Positions 1 to 9,984 of a stretch of 64,000 nucleotides of DNA are shown piece after piece. The DNA lies in NCBI GenBank assembly GCA_020051775.1, contig JAGVQJ010000163.1, forward strand, positions 2,928 to 66,927. The letters are read 5' to 3'. The position numbers and the translations under genes are program-made. The first letter of the stretch is position 1, and each line of letters opens with the position of its first letter. The stretch is from Calditrichota bacterium (lineage in GTDB: Bacteria; Electryoneota; B3-LCP). The notes under the pieces are model-generated. The model was not told where the DNA came from and did not search any database. It worked only from the letters and a program-made list of their open reading frames with translations.

Positions 1-2048
1 GCTTCTTTCTGGATAAAGGTGACTTTTGGGTGGTACTCTCTGCTGACCTGAAAGCCGACACTTTGAGACTGACAGAGTGTAATGTCGGACGTGGTGCTAT
101 CAGCATGTTGAAAGCCGACGGCAACGCTGATTTAACAACTTCAGAGCTTGATTTTCATCTCGTTTCCAATCTTTTGGACGTCTCCAACGTTTTACAGGTT
201 TTCGACGACAACCCTGCCAAAATCTCCGGTCCCCTAAAGCTCGATGCTCATATTTCAGGCACCTTTCAAAACCCAGAATTAGAATTGCATGCCGGCATGA
301 GTTATGGCAGGGTATTTCGCATTCCCTTTGACAGCCTGTCCGCTTCCTTGCGTTTCGATCCCTTACAAGAAAAGGCGTTGATTCTCAGTGAATTCCGCCT
401 TCAACAGAAACCTGACTTGACACTGGAGGCCCAAGGCATTTTACCCTTTAACGCCCATCCCTTAGATCTGCATGTGCATCTAAATGGAAATATTTTAAAG
501 ATATTGCACCAACTTGAGCCGGATATTCTGGCCTCTCGCGGAAGCGGTGATTTGGAGCTTACCATCAGGCAAGAGAATGGCAAAATCATGGTCACTGAAG
601 GCAGCTTGGATATCACCGAGGGGTATCTGAAATTACCGGAGGTTGTAGAAGAAATACAATCTCTCCGAACGAGCATGAAATTTCATGAGGGTCAGTTGCA
701 CATTGATGATTTAAGCGGGGAAATTGAGGAGCAACCCTTCCACATCAGAAATAGTTTTACTGAGCAAGCTTTGGCCAATTACCAGCGTTTGTATTTTCCC
801 GGCGCAAACATTGATTTGGGTGTATTGCTTATGGAGACGAACGGAAAAGGCATCCATGCTCATATTCCCGATTTAATGCCTAACGGAACCCAGGGCTACC
901 TAAATCTTAAAGGCAAGGACGGCGCAGAGGCTTTTACAGCCAGCGGCCCAATCGAAAGCCCGCTTTTTCATGGAACCATTCATGTGGCTGGCGCGGTATT
1001 CACTTTCCCCTTTCCGCCCGGGGACGGTAGTCAACCATCTGCATTTGTACGGCAAGTACTGGCGGTGCTGAATTCAGCACGATGGGACGTCACCCTGATT
1101 CCGGCCAGAGATAACCGATATGCGCATGAAATCAAACCGGTGGATGAGAATAACTTCATAGGGGGTGTTTCCGGCTTGATCGCATCTGTGAATATTGATA
1201 TTAACCTGGATGTTGCCGAAAGCAAGCTGACCGCTGTCGGCAGTTTGGATCAGGGGAACTTTGGGTTTATCGGGGGTTTGGTATCCACTCGAGGCACTAT
1301 TGAGTACCTGGATTTGAACTTTCGAGTCGAACGCTTCGAGACACAATTTGACCAGAGTGATATTCTGCCCTGGGTTCAGGGACGAGCTACCACCGTATAT
1401 GCCGATTCCATGGGTTTCAGTCACAATATATATTTGAAATTATATGTGGTTGATCCCACTTCCGGTCAACGACATGAACGTGGTCGTTGGGGTGATTTTG
1501 TGTTTATTCTTGAAGATGATATCGGGTCTTCACAGGAACAGATTCTGGCTGCGCTGGGTTATTCACCTGGAACGGTTAGTTCCAAAGTCGGTTCGTTGGG
1601 AGGAACTATTTTAAGCGGTGTGGTGCTGCGCAGCTTTATTCACCCAGTCGAAAGGCAGTTGGAACATTACCTCAAATTGGATATTGTGAGATTACAGCCG
1701 ACAATTACCCAACATTTGTTCGAATCTCAAATATTAGGCATAGATCCCGGTCCGGGGCCCGGTCCTCAGAGTCAGATCGTCTGGGGCGCTTACTTTTTAA
1801 GGCAATCCCAATTAACCATCGGCAAATATCTCAATGATGATACCTTTCTGTCCTATAACGGAACTTGGAAAACAGCCATCAATGCCGCCAATATCCGCGA
1901 ATTTGGTTTCTTACACCGCTGGAACCTGGATTATCGCATCCGGCCGGTATCGGGTAATTTGGTATTGACCTTGGGCTATGATTACGATAATCTGGAAAAG
2001 TACGCGGATCAACGCCTCTCCTTGCGGTATAGTTTCGTTTTCAGATAA
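1..2048 (+). CDS. TamB-like translocation/assembly module protein, C-terminal part (5' end lies upstream of the window)
   Basis: The reading frame is open back to nt 3, so the gene starts outside the window. It is a long beta-rich protein ending ...LSLRYSFVFR and sits directly upstream of bamA. The family call rests on resemblance and context only. Confidence 0.55.
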   Translation, partial: FFLDKGDFWVVLSADLKADTLRLTECNVGRGAISMLKADGNADLTTSELDFHLVSNLLDVSNVLQVFDDNPAKISGPLKLDAHISGTFQNPELELHAGMSYGRVFRIPFDSLSASLRFDPLQEKALILSEFRLQQKPDLTLEAQGILPFNAHPLDLHVHLNGNILKILHQLEPDILASRGSGDLELTIRQENGKIMVTEGSLDITEGYLKLPEVVEEIQSLRTSMKFHEGQLHIDDLSGEIEEQPFHIRNSFTEQALANYQRLYFPGANIDLGVLLMETNGKGIHAHIPDLMPNGTQGYLNLKGKDGAEAFTASGPIESPLFHGTIHVAGAVFTFPFPPGDGSQPSAFVRQVLAVLNSARWDVTLIPARDNRYAHEIKPVDENNFIGGVSGLIASVNIDINLDVAESKLTAVGSLDQGNFGFIGGLVSTRGTIEYLDLNFRVERFETQFDQSDILPWVQGRATTVYADSMGFSHNIYLKLYVVDPTSGQRHERGRWGDFVFILEDDIGSSQEQILAALGYSPGTVSSKVGSLGGTILSGVVLRSFIHPVERQLEHYLKLDIVRLQPTITQHLFESQILGIDPGPGPGPQSQIVWGAYFLRQSQLTIGKYLNDDTFLSYNGTWKTAINAANIREFGFLHRWNLDYRIRPVSGNLVLTLGYDYDNLEKYADQRLSLRYSFVFR

Positions 2049-2129
2049 GATGATTTCACTGTTTTTGTCTTTACTACTCGATGGAATTTTATTATTTTGA
2101 TAGTTTGATGGGAAAAACCGAATAACCTC

Positions 2130-4511
2130 ATGAAGCGAAGCGACATTATACTCATCGTGATCATCGCCCTGATCCCGCTTTCCCAGGCGTATTCACAAGG
2201 GAAAATACGCCTTTTGGGTTTGTCAGTGGAAGGCCATAAGACCGCTGATCAGGGTCTTATCCTGGCTAACTCCGGCATGGTGGTCGGCAGCGAAATTACT
2301 GGTGACGACATCCAGTTAGCCATCCGCCAGATTTGGAATTTGGGATTGTTCTCTGATGTCCGGATTATGCTCGACAAGGAATTGCCTGAAGGCGCCATAC
2401 TCAAAATCGTTGTAGAGGAATTCCCCCGTCTGGAAAAAATCGAGGTTTCCGGAAATAAAAAATTAAAAAAAGGCGATATTGAAAAATTGCTGGATTTTTT
2501 CCCCGGCCAAGTGCTGCGCCCGGACCAGACCAACGAAGCGCGCAACAAACTTATAGATAAATATGCCGAGGATGGATATCTACTCGCCAAAATAGAGATA
2601 AGCTCGGCTCAAGACGAAGCCACTAATCGGCAAATCCTCAAATTTTCTATTTTGGAAGGTCCTAAAGTTAAGATTGATAAAATCACATTTTATGGCAACG
2701 AAGCTCACGAAAAGAAACTTGGAACGGGAAAGAAAATCACCAATGCGCTTTTCGGCTGGTTGCCGCTGGGCAGTAACCTGACCGATCGAAAACTTCGCAA
2801 GCAAATGAAGGAGACCCATCAAAAAGGTCTCTTCCGTTCAGGCGAATTCAATCGTGAAAAATTCGATGAAGATCTACAAAACGTGGTTACCTATTACCGC
2901 AATCACGGGTTTCGAGACGCCACGGTTTTAGCAGATTCCCTACGCTATTCACAGGATCGGCGCAAGCTGGCCATTGACATTTATATGGATGAAGGCGTTC
3001 GCTACTATTTCGGTAATTTCAGCTTTACGGGAAACACGCTTTATGCCGAAAAGGAGTTGCAGAGGCAGTTGCTGGTCAAACCCGGGGAAATTTATCATGC
3101 TGAAAAACTTGAAGCCAGCGTCAGGGATCACCTGACTAACATGTATTATGACCGGGGTTATATTTACGCTAATGTATCACCTGTCGAGATCCCTGTAGGT
3201 CTGGACACCATTAACGTTCATTTTCGTATTTTCGAAGGCAATGCTTTTAAAGTCCGACTTATCAACATCGAGGGTAATACCAAAACCAAAGAGCACATCA
3301 TCCGACGCGAGTTTGTATTGAACCCCGGTGATACTTTTGATGTTTCCAAATTGCGGCGCTCAGCGCGAGAAGTGACAATCTTGAACTATTTCTCCAATAT
3401 CGTGCCGGACGTACAACCGGTTAACGATGATGAAGTTGATTTGTATTTCCGCGTGGAAGAGAAATCTACCGATCAAGTTCAAGTATCGGCCGGATACTCC
3501 CAGCGCGACGGCGTCATCGGGTCGCTGGGTTTTACCATGCCCAATCTTTTCGGCAACGGTCAATCGCTAAGTTTAGATTGGCAATTCGGACGGATTTATC
3601 GCACTTTTTCGCTCAGCATAACTGAACCCTGGTTTCTGAACTCGCCCACTCTATTGGGAGTGAGTTTTTTCCATACTCGTCGCGGTGGGACTTACTACGG
3701 ATTCGACGAGAAAATCATGGGCGGTTCACTGCGGGTTGGGCGGCGATTACGCTGGCCGGACGATTACTTCCGGATAGATTGGATTTATCGCTTGGAAAGA
3801 GCAGTTTATTCTAACTTTACGTCCAGTTTCGCAGCCAGTAATCCCCGTGGTCTGATTGAAGATGTGCCGCGCGTGTCGTCGGGGTTGACGACGATTCTTA
3901 CTCGAGACTCCCGCGATAATCCCGAATTCCCTACAACCGGATCTGTGAATAGGTATTCGGTCGAGGTTGCCGGCGGCCCATTTTTCGGAAACGATCAGTT
4001 TCACAAACACACGTTTAGTTCGGAATTTTACACGCCGGTGCTGGGCAAACTGGTGCTCTACTCGGACACGGAAATGGGTGTAATCGGGCAGTTGAATAAC
4101 TCGATTCAAGCGGTTCCCTATATCGAGCAGTTCTTCATGGGTGGTGCGGGACTTTCGCTGGGCATTCCACTTCGCGGCTACGATGAGCGTATGGTGGGAC
4201 CGCAAAGCGGCCAGTATGCCGAGGGTGGCAAAGTGATGTTCAAGCAATCATTGGAACTGCGACTACCGGTGGTGTATAATCCCACTATTTTCGTGTTGGG
4301 TTTCACAGAAGCCGGCAACGTCTGGCACAATTTGCAGGTCACGGACATGTTTGATCTGCGACGATCAGTAGGATTGGGTGTAAGACTCTATATGCCCATG
4401 ATTGGACTGATCGGACTGGATTATGGGTACGGATTGGATTATTATAATCCGACCACCGGGCAGCGCCACGGCGAGTGGGTTCCGCATTTCCAATTCGGGC
4501 GAGCTTTCTAA
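2130..4511 (+). CDS. bamA: Outer membrane protein assembly factor BamA (Omp85/D15)
   Basis: 793 aa with a signal peptide and repeated POTRA-like segments (e.g. KIxxIxFxGN). The C-terminal Omp85 barrel ends ...HFQFGRAF. skp and lpxD follow, which is the classical order. Confidence 0.9.
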   Translation: MKRSDIILIVIIALIPLSQAYSQGKIRLLGLSVEGHKTADQGLILANSGMVVGSEITGDDIQLAIRQIWNLGLFSDVRIMLDKELPEGAILKIVVEEFPRLEKIEVSGNKKLKKGDIEKLLDFFPGQVLRPDQTNEARNKLIDKYAEDGYLLAKIEISSAQDEATNRQILKFSILEGPKVKIDKITFYGNEAHEKKLGTGKKITNALFGWLPLGSNLTDRKLRKQMKETHQKGLFRSGEFNREKFDEDLQNVVTYYRNHGFRDATVLADSLRYSQDRRKLAIDIYMDEGVRYYFGNFSFTGNTLYAEKELQRQLLVKPGEIYHAEKLEASVRDHLTNMYYDRGYIYANVSPVEIPVGLDTINVHFRIFEGNAFKVRLINIEGNTKTKEHIIRREFVLNPGDTFDVSKLRRSAREVTILNYFSNIVPDVQPVNDDEVDLYFRVEEKSTDQVQVSAGYSQRDGVIGSLGFTMPNLFGNGQSLSLDWQFGRIYRTFSLSITEPWFLNSPTLLGVSFFHTRRGGTYYGFDEKIMGGSLRVGRRLRWPDDYFRIDWIYRLERAVYSNFTSSFAASNPRGLIEDVPRVSSGLTTILTRDSRDNPEFPTTGSVNRYSVEVAGGPFFGNDQFHKHTFSSEFYTPVLGKLVLYSDTEMGVIGQLNNSIQAVPYIEQFFMGGAGLSLGIPLRGYDERMVGPQSGQYAEGGKVMFKQSLELRLPVVYNPTIFVLGFTEAGNVWHNLQVTDMFDLRRSVGLGVRLYMPMIGLIGLDYGYGLDYYNPTTGQRHGEWVPHFQFGRAF

Positions 4512-4572
4512 CGAAATGTAATAAAGTCAATAATCAATAATCGCCGGACTCAAACCGGTAAAAGAGGTGACT

Positions 4573-5091
4573 ATGCGAATAAAATTGGCCAGCTTGGCAA
4601 TGTTGATGGCCATTCTGGGGGGATCGGCCACCGCCAAAGATTTCAAAATCGGCTACATCTATTCTCAGAAGATAATGGCTGAATTCCCCGAATCCATCGA
4701 AGCCCAGAAAACACTGGATGAAGAACAGAAGAAATGGATGGAAGAGGCCAGGAAAAAAGAGGAAGAAATCACTAAACTGGTAGATAAGCTGCAAAATCAG
4801 TCATTGATGCTGTCGGAACAGAAAAAGACTGAAATGCAACAACAGATTCAGACGAAGGACTCAGAATTGCAGCGTTTTCAACAGGAAGTTTGGGGTGAGC
4901 AAGGCAAAATCTACCAGCGCAGTAAGGAGTTAACCGGCCCGATCATTGACAAAGTCAATGTCGTCATCACCAAACTCGGTAAAGAAGGCGGGTACGACGT
5001 GATCTTTGACGCCAATATGGGTAATATCGTCTATGCCAAGCCGGATTTCGACATGACGCAATTTGTCTTGGACGATCTGAACAAGAAATAA
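4573..5091 (+). CDS. skp: OmpH/Skp-family periplasmic chaperone
   Basis: Signal peptide (MRIKLASLAMLMAILGGSATA) followed by a K/E/Q-rich coiled-coil region, located between bamA and lpxD. ATG 4573 follows AGAGG; the ORF track begins at GTG 4567. Confidence 0.8.
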   Translation: MRIKLASLAMLMAILGGSATAKDFKIGYIYSQKIMAEFPESIEAQKTLDEEQKKWMEEARKKEEEITKLVDKLQNQSLMLSEQKKTEMQQQIQTKDSELQRFQQEVWGEQGKIYQRSKELTGPIIDKVNVVITKLGKEGGYDVIFDANMGNIVYAKPDFDMTQFVLDDLNKK

Positions 5092-5158
5092 TCCTCTCTT
5101 ACTCTTGGTAGAATTGAAAGTGAGGATGATTGGTATTTTAGGACCGATGAGGAATACC

Positions 5159-6199
5159 ATGCTCTACAGGACATTGGATTTGGCGTATCTCCTGGAAGGG
5201 GAATTGGTGGGTGATCCGGAAGTCGTGATTACCGGCCTTGCCAAAATAGAGGAGGCTGAACCTGGAGAACTCACTTTTCTCGCCAATCCAAAGTACGAGA
5301 AATACTTGTCCGAGACTCGAGCTTCCGCAGTGCTGGTTTCCCGTGAGCAACTGGCTGAAGGTAAGTTGCTAATCAGGGTAGATGATCCTTACCGGTGTTT
5401 TGCCAAGTTGCTGTCCGTTTTCTACCCTCCGGAACCACTGGTTGAATTGGGTGTGCATCCTGCGGCGGTCCTAGGTAAGGATGTGACCATCGGCCAAGGC
5501 GTACGTATCGCCGCAGGAGTCGTTATCGGAGCGCACAGTGTTATCGGCGATGACATCGCACTCTATCCTCAGGTGTCTATTGGCGAGGATGTGACAATTG
5601 GCGCTGGAAGTATCATCCGGGCTGGAGTGTCCATACGCCATGGCGTTCGTATCGGTTGCCGGGTTATTATACAGGATAACGCCGTCATAGGATCGGACGG
5701 TTTCGGTTTTGCGCCGACTCAAGATGGCGGATACGAAAAGATACCACAAGTGGGGACAGTCATTATTGAAGACGACGTCGAGATTGGTGCGGGTTGCACG
5801 ATAGACCGCGCCACGCTGGGCGCTACACGTATAGAATCCGGCGCCAAGCTGGATAATCTAATTCAGATTGCGCACAATGTGGTAATTGGAGCTAATACGG
5901 TCATTGCCGCTCAGACCGGCATCTCCGGGTCTACAAAAATCGGGAAGAACTGCATGATTGCCGGGCAGGTGGGATTTGCCGGCCACCTGACCTTAGGCGA
6001 TAGATCGTTAGTAGGCGCGCAATCAGGTGTTTCCAAATCATGGCCTGACAACAGCAAGATATTCGGATATCCGGCAATACCTTTAGGCGAGGAACTTCGC
6101 CTCCAAGCTACCATGCGCAAATTACCTGAATTAGCCAAAACCTTGGATCGTCTAGTGAAGAAGGTTGAGGAATTGAGTGCGAAAAGAAATGCCCAATGA
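5159..6199 (+). CDS. lpxD: UDP-3-O-acylglucosamine N-acyltransferase
   Basis: The N-terminus MLYRTLDLAYLLEGELVGD matches LpxD, and long hexapeptide repeats (left-handed beta helix) follow. GAGGA precedes ATG 5159; the track ORF starts earlier at 5105. Confidence 0.9.
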   Translation: MLYRTLDLAYLLEGELVGDPEVVITGLAKIEEAEPGELTFLANPKYEKYLSETRASAVLVSREQLAEGKLLIRVDDPYRCFAKLLSVFYPPEPLVELGVHPAAVLGKDVTIGQGVRIAAGVVIGAHSVIGDDIALYPQVSIGEDVTIGAGSIIRAGVSIRHGVRIGCRVIIQDNAVIGSDGFGFAPTQDGGYEKIPQVGTVIIEDDVEIGAGCTIDRATLGATRIESGAKLDNLIQIAHNVVIGANTVIAAQTGISGSTKIGKNCMIAGQVGFAGHLTLGDRSLVGAQSGVSKSWPDNSKIFGYPAIPLGEELRLQATMRKLPELAKTLDRLVKKVEELSAKRNAQ

Positions 6200-7604
6200 T
6201 ACCTTAAAACGGCAACGTACTATCAAGGAACCGGTTTCTGTTTCAGGCATCGGCCTGCACACCGGCAACACTTGTTCGCTGACCTTCCAACCCGCCCCGG
6301 AAAATCACGGAATACAGTTCCGGCGAATGGACGTGCCAGATTCGCCTCCCATTCCGGCATTGATTGATAAGGTTGTGGACATTTCCCGAGGCACGACCAT
6401 TGGCATGAAAGGCGTCCTGGTTCACACCGTCGAGCACGTTATGGCGGCTTTGGCAGGGTATGGAATAGATAACGTCCGGATAGATCTAACAGCTAACGAA
6501 CCGCCGGTCATGGACGGATCCGCCCTGCCCTTCAGCCAGGCCTTGAATTCCGTAGGATTCGAGGAGCAGGCGCCGCCCAAGGAATATCTGGAGATTGACA
6601 GGACACTGACGTATCATGACGACAAAAAAGGGATAGATATAGTCGTAGTGCCGGCGCCGACGTTTCGCATCACTTACATGGTGGATTACCGCAACCCCGC
6701 CCTGGGCACCCAGTACACATCCATGTATGATCTGGAAGAGGAATTCATCCGTGAATTTGCTCCGGCGAGAACCTTCTGCTTTTTATCCGAAGTCGAGGAA
6801 CTCAAAGAGCAGGGGTTAATCAAAGGCGGTAACCTGGACAATGCAGTTGTGATCGTTGATCGTGAAGTTGAAAGCAAGGATTTCAACCGCTTAAAAGAGT
6901 ACTTTGGATTAAAGTCCGGGATGATCAAGGGCGCCAACGGCATATTGGATGGTCGCGAATTGCGATTTTATAATGAACCCGTTCGCCATAAAGCTTTGGA
7001 CCTCATCGGCGACTTGGCTTTATTGGGTTTTCCGATCAAGGGGCACGTTTTAGCTGCGCGAGCCGGACACGCTGCTCATATCGAACTGGTGAAGATGATC
7101 CGTAAAGAGTACGAGCGCAAGAGAATTATCCGTATCTATCAAGGCAAAGTTAACAAAGATATTATTTTTGATGCCGCCACCATTAGCCGAGTACTGCCCC
7201 ACAAGTACCCATTCTTGCTGGTTGATCGTATAGTGGACTTATCACCGGGTGAGAGAGTGGCTGGTCTCAAGTGCGTCTCTATCAATGAACCGTTCTTCCA
7301 AGGACATTTCCCCGGTTATCCCATCATGCCCGGTGTGCTGATCATTGAAGCGCTAGGTCAGGCGGGAGGCATTTTATTGCTGAATTCTGTAGATGAACCG
7401 GAGAAGAAACTGGTATTCTTCACTGGGATGGACGAAGTTCGTTTTCGCAAGCCGGTAGTGCCGGGTGATCAGCTTCTCTTGAAAGTGGAATTGGAATTCT
7501 TTCGGCGGGGACTCTGCCGTATGCGCGGCAAAGCCTATGTAGATGAGAACATCGTCGCCGAAGGCGTTATGACGGCCTTAGTGCGTAATCGGGAGGACAT
7601 GTGA
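6177..7604 (+). CDS. lpxC: Bifunctional UDP-3-O-acyl-GlcNAc deacetylase / 3-hydroxyacyl-ACP dehydratase (LpxC-FabZ fusion)
   Basis: The N-terminal half carries LpxC motifs (GIGLHTGN, HTVEHVMAAL, HKALDLIGDL). The C-terminal half is a FabZ hotdog domain (LPHKYPFLLVDRI, FFQGHFPGYPIMPGVL). Either GTG 6177 with GAGGA 5 nt upstream or ATG 6189 could be the start. Confidence 0.92.
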   Translation: MRKEMPNDTLKRQRTIKEPVSVSGIGLHTGNTCSLTFQPAPENHGIQFRRMDVPDSPPIPALIDKVVDISRGTTIGMKGVLVHTVEHVMAALAGYGIDNVRIDLTANEPPVMDGSALPFSQALNSVGFEEQAPPKEYLEIDRTLTYHDDKKGIDIVVVPAPTFRITYMVDYRNPALGTQYTSMYDLEEEFIREFAPARTFCFLSEVEELKEQGLIKGGNLDNAVVIVDREVESKDFNRLKEYFGLKSGMIKGANGILDGRELRFYNEPVRHKALDLIGDLALLGFPIKGHVLAARAGHAAHIELVKMIRKEYERKRIIRIYQGKVNKDIIFDAATISRVLPHKYPFLLVDRIVDLSPGERVAGLKCVSINEPFFQGHFPGYPIMPGVLIIEALGQAGGILLLNSVDEPEKKLVFFTGMDEVRFRKPVVPGDQLLLKVELEFFRRGLCRMRGKAYVDENIVAEGVMTALVRNREDM

Positions 7605-8368
7605 CCATTCATCCCACCGCCATCGTTCATCCGGGCGCTGAACTAGCCGAGGATGTCTCCATCGGCCCTTATGCCATCATCGAGGATGGCGTTTTGATCG
7701 GTTCCGGATGTAAAATTGGGCCATTTGCATTTCTCGCTACCGGCGCCAGATTGGGTAGCAGGGTACAACTGTTCAATGGAGCCGTCGTTGCTACCGTGCC
7801 GCAAGATCTCAAATTCCGTGGCGAGCCCAGCATAGTGGAGATCGGCGATAACACTATTCTTCGCGAATACGTCACGATCCATCGGGGTACAGAGGTGACC
7901 GGCAGAACCGTTGTCGGAGCCAATTGTTTCTTGATGGCTTACAGTCATGTGGCTCACGATTGCGTGGTCGGACCTAAAGTCATCATGGCCAATTCCGTCA
8001 ATCTGGCCGGGCACGTTCATATCGAGGAAAATGCGACCATCGGAGGAATTGTGCCCGTGCATCAGTTTGTGAGAATTGGGCGACATTCATTCATCGGGGG
8101 GGGGTTCAGGGTAACGAAGGATGTGCCGCCATATATTTTGGCGGCGGGAGAACCGATCAAATTTACCGGTCTGAACTTCGTGGGGCTGAAGCGGCGAGGT
8201 TTTTCGGTGGAGGCGTTAACCGCTCTAAAGCAAGCGTATACTTTGATTTACAACAACGATCTTAATGTATCTCAGGGAATCGCGCGTATCCGCGATGAGA
8301 TGCAGGTAACACCCGAAATCCAGAACGTCATAGATTTCATCGAGCACAGCGAGCGTGGCATCATATAA
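7601..8368 (+). CDS. lpxA: Acyl-ACP--UDP-N-acetylglucosamine O-acyltransferase
   Basis: Begins IHPTAIVHPGAELAEDVSIGPYA, has hexapeptide repeats and an LpxA-type C-terminal helical domain (GLNFVGLKRRGFS). Its GTG start overlaps the upstream stop. Confidence 0.92.
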   Translation: MTIHPTAIVHPGAELAEDVSIGPYAIIEDGVLIGSGCKIGPFAFLATGARLGSRVQLFNGAVVATVPQDLKFRGEPSIVEIGDNTILREYVTIHRGTEVTGRTVVGANCFLMAYSHVAHDCVVGPKVIMANSVNLAGHVHIEENATIGGIVPVHQFVRIGRHSFIGGGFRVTKDVPPYILAAGEPIKFTGLNFVGLKRRGFSVEALTALKQAYTLIYNNDLNVSQGIARIRDEMQVTPEIQNVIDFIEHSERGII

Positions 8369-9134
8369 AGGTCGGTTGCTCCTGGAAGGAGCGCGCAGCG
8401 GTTCTTTTAACATGGCTGCGGATGAATTCATGGCGTCTGAATCCGGCCGTAGGAATGAAATTATTTTGCGAATCTACTCTTGGGACAAACCGACGCTATC
8501 CCTGGGGTTTCATCAAAAAATTACTGCGGAACAATTACTTCGCTGTAGAGAGCACAACCTTCCCATTGTGCGCCGACCCACCGGCGGCCGTGCTGTGCTG
8601 CACGATCAGGAAATAACTTATGCCATAACCATTCCGAGCGAACACGACCTGCTGCGCGGGGGGCGCGATGCCGTGCTTAAGGATATCGGGAGTGCCTTCA
8701 CTGAAGCCGCGCAGAGTGTGGGATTAAAAGCTGAACTTGTCCGGGGAAGTACAAAGGTTGGCCTAATGGATGAGCTTAAGCGCGGAAGCCCGCTCTGTTT
8801 TGATAGCCTCTCCCGATGGGAAATACGTTTGGAGGGGAGAAAGTGGATCGGTTCGGCCCAAAGATTTCTTCCGCGAGCTTTTCTACAGCATGGGTCAATA
8901 TTAACGGGTCAAAGCAGCGTGGATCTGGCGAAGGTGTTGGGTCTTCCGCAGGCAGCCGGTGCCCTTTCAATTAGAGCTGTAGAGGTAATGGCCTTGCGGC
9001 AAGCGGTAGTAGAGCGCTTAGGTGAACGATTGTCCATCTCCTGGCAAGAAAGCACGTTTTGCGATGATGATTTTGAAGCTATAAACCGATTAATAAAAGA
9101 ACGCATGGACCCCACCCTTCCAGGTGAGCAATAG
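8355..9134 (+). CDS. Lipoate-protein ligase / octanoyltransferase family protein (BPL/LPL catalytic domain)
   Basis: Motifs NMAADEFM, RIYSWDKPTLSLGFHQ, RRPTGGRAVLHD and GRKWIGSAQR...LQHGSIL (catalytic Lys region). The start overlaps lpxA by 14 nt. Confidence 0.75.
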   Translation: MASYKGRLLLEGARSGSFNMAADEFMASESGRRNEIILRIYSWDKPTLSLGFHQKITAEQLLRCREHNLPIVRRPTGGRAVLHDQEITYAITIPSEHDLLRGGRDAVLKDIGSAFTEAAQSVGLKAELVRGSTKVGLMDELKRGSPLCFDSLSRWEIRLEGRKWIGSAQRFLPRAFLQHGSILTGQSSVDLAKVLGLPQAAGALSIRAVEVMALRQAVVERLGERLSISWQESTFCDDDFEAINRLIKERMDPTLPGEQ

Positions 9135-9196
9135 TATTTCTATTTCACCTCAGAATCGGTATGGTTTTTGAACTTAAACTTACCAGGGGAGAAATC

Positions 9197-9973
9197 ATGA
9201 AATGTCTAACCATCATTCTCGTGCTGGTCGTGCTGGTGATTTTGGTTCAAGCGGCGACAGCGGATGATATCTTTGAAACCATCAAGAATCAGTCGCTCGA
9301 TAGTTTACGAGCCGAGGCCAAACCGTTGGTGCAAGTGTTCGGCGCCGCTATGGGCGGGGGTTTATATTATTCAGCCTCGACTCATGGGCTTTTGGGATTT
9401 GATGTTGGCGTGAGAGGTATGGTAGTCATCGTGCCCGATGGCGAGAGCCAACTCCTGGATGATGCTGAAGTTAATTATATCCCTTTGCCGGTGATTCAGG
9501 CCAATGTGGGTTTGCCGTTGGGCTTGGGAGTGATTGCCCGTGGTGTGGCATACAAATTCCAGGGACAAACTGTTTCCGTTTTCGGGGCCGGAGTGAAATA
9601 CGATGCCAAAGAGATGATCCCCATCCCCATGTTTCCCCATGTGGGCGCCATGATCGCTTATCAACAGTTTAAAGGTGGCGACATCTTAACGGCGAACGTG
9701 TTTAGTGTTCACTTCATGGCCTCCCAGAGTTTCGTCATGATCGAACCATACATCGGTTACGGCTACGACCGCACAACCATGAATTTCAAATACACTTATA
9801 CGGTTGCTGGACCTACTGCTTATACGACCTACATTGATGAGAAATTCACGGAAGCGATTTCGCGCCTGACGGTGGGGTTGAAGTTTTCACCATTCCCTCT
9901 GCTGAATGTTTATGCCGATTACAGTTTAAGCACCTTCAATTCGGTCTCAGCGGGACTATCGGTTAGTTTCTAG
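9197..9973 (+). CDS. Outer-membrane beta-barrel protein of unknown function (possibly DUF6588-like)
   Basis: Signal peptide MKCLTIILVLVVLVILVQAATA after GGGGAG, alternating beta-strand pattern, C-terminal ...SAGLSVSF ending in Phe. Confidence 0.55.
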   Translation: MKCLTIILVLVVLVILVQAATADDIFETIKNQSLDSLRAEAKPLVQVFGAAMGGGLYYSASTHGLLGFDVGVRGMVVIVPDGESQLLDDAEVNYIPLPVIQANVGLPLGLGVIARGVAYKFQGQTVSVFGAGVKYDAKEMIPIPMFPHVGAMIAYQQFKGGDILTANVFSVHFMASQSFVMIEPYIGYGYDRTTMNFKYTYTVAGPTAYTTYIDEKFTEAISRLTVGLKFSPFPLLNVYADYSLSTFNSVSAGLSVSF

Positions 9974-9984
9974 GTAATGCCTAA

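Noticed and set aside
1741-1765. A short GGTCC/GGGCC codon repeat encoding PGPGPGP in the TamB-like protein, considered as a tandem repeat or slippage site.
   Set aside because: There are only about three imperfect units inside a coding region. It is most simply a flexible linker.
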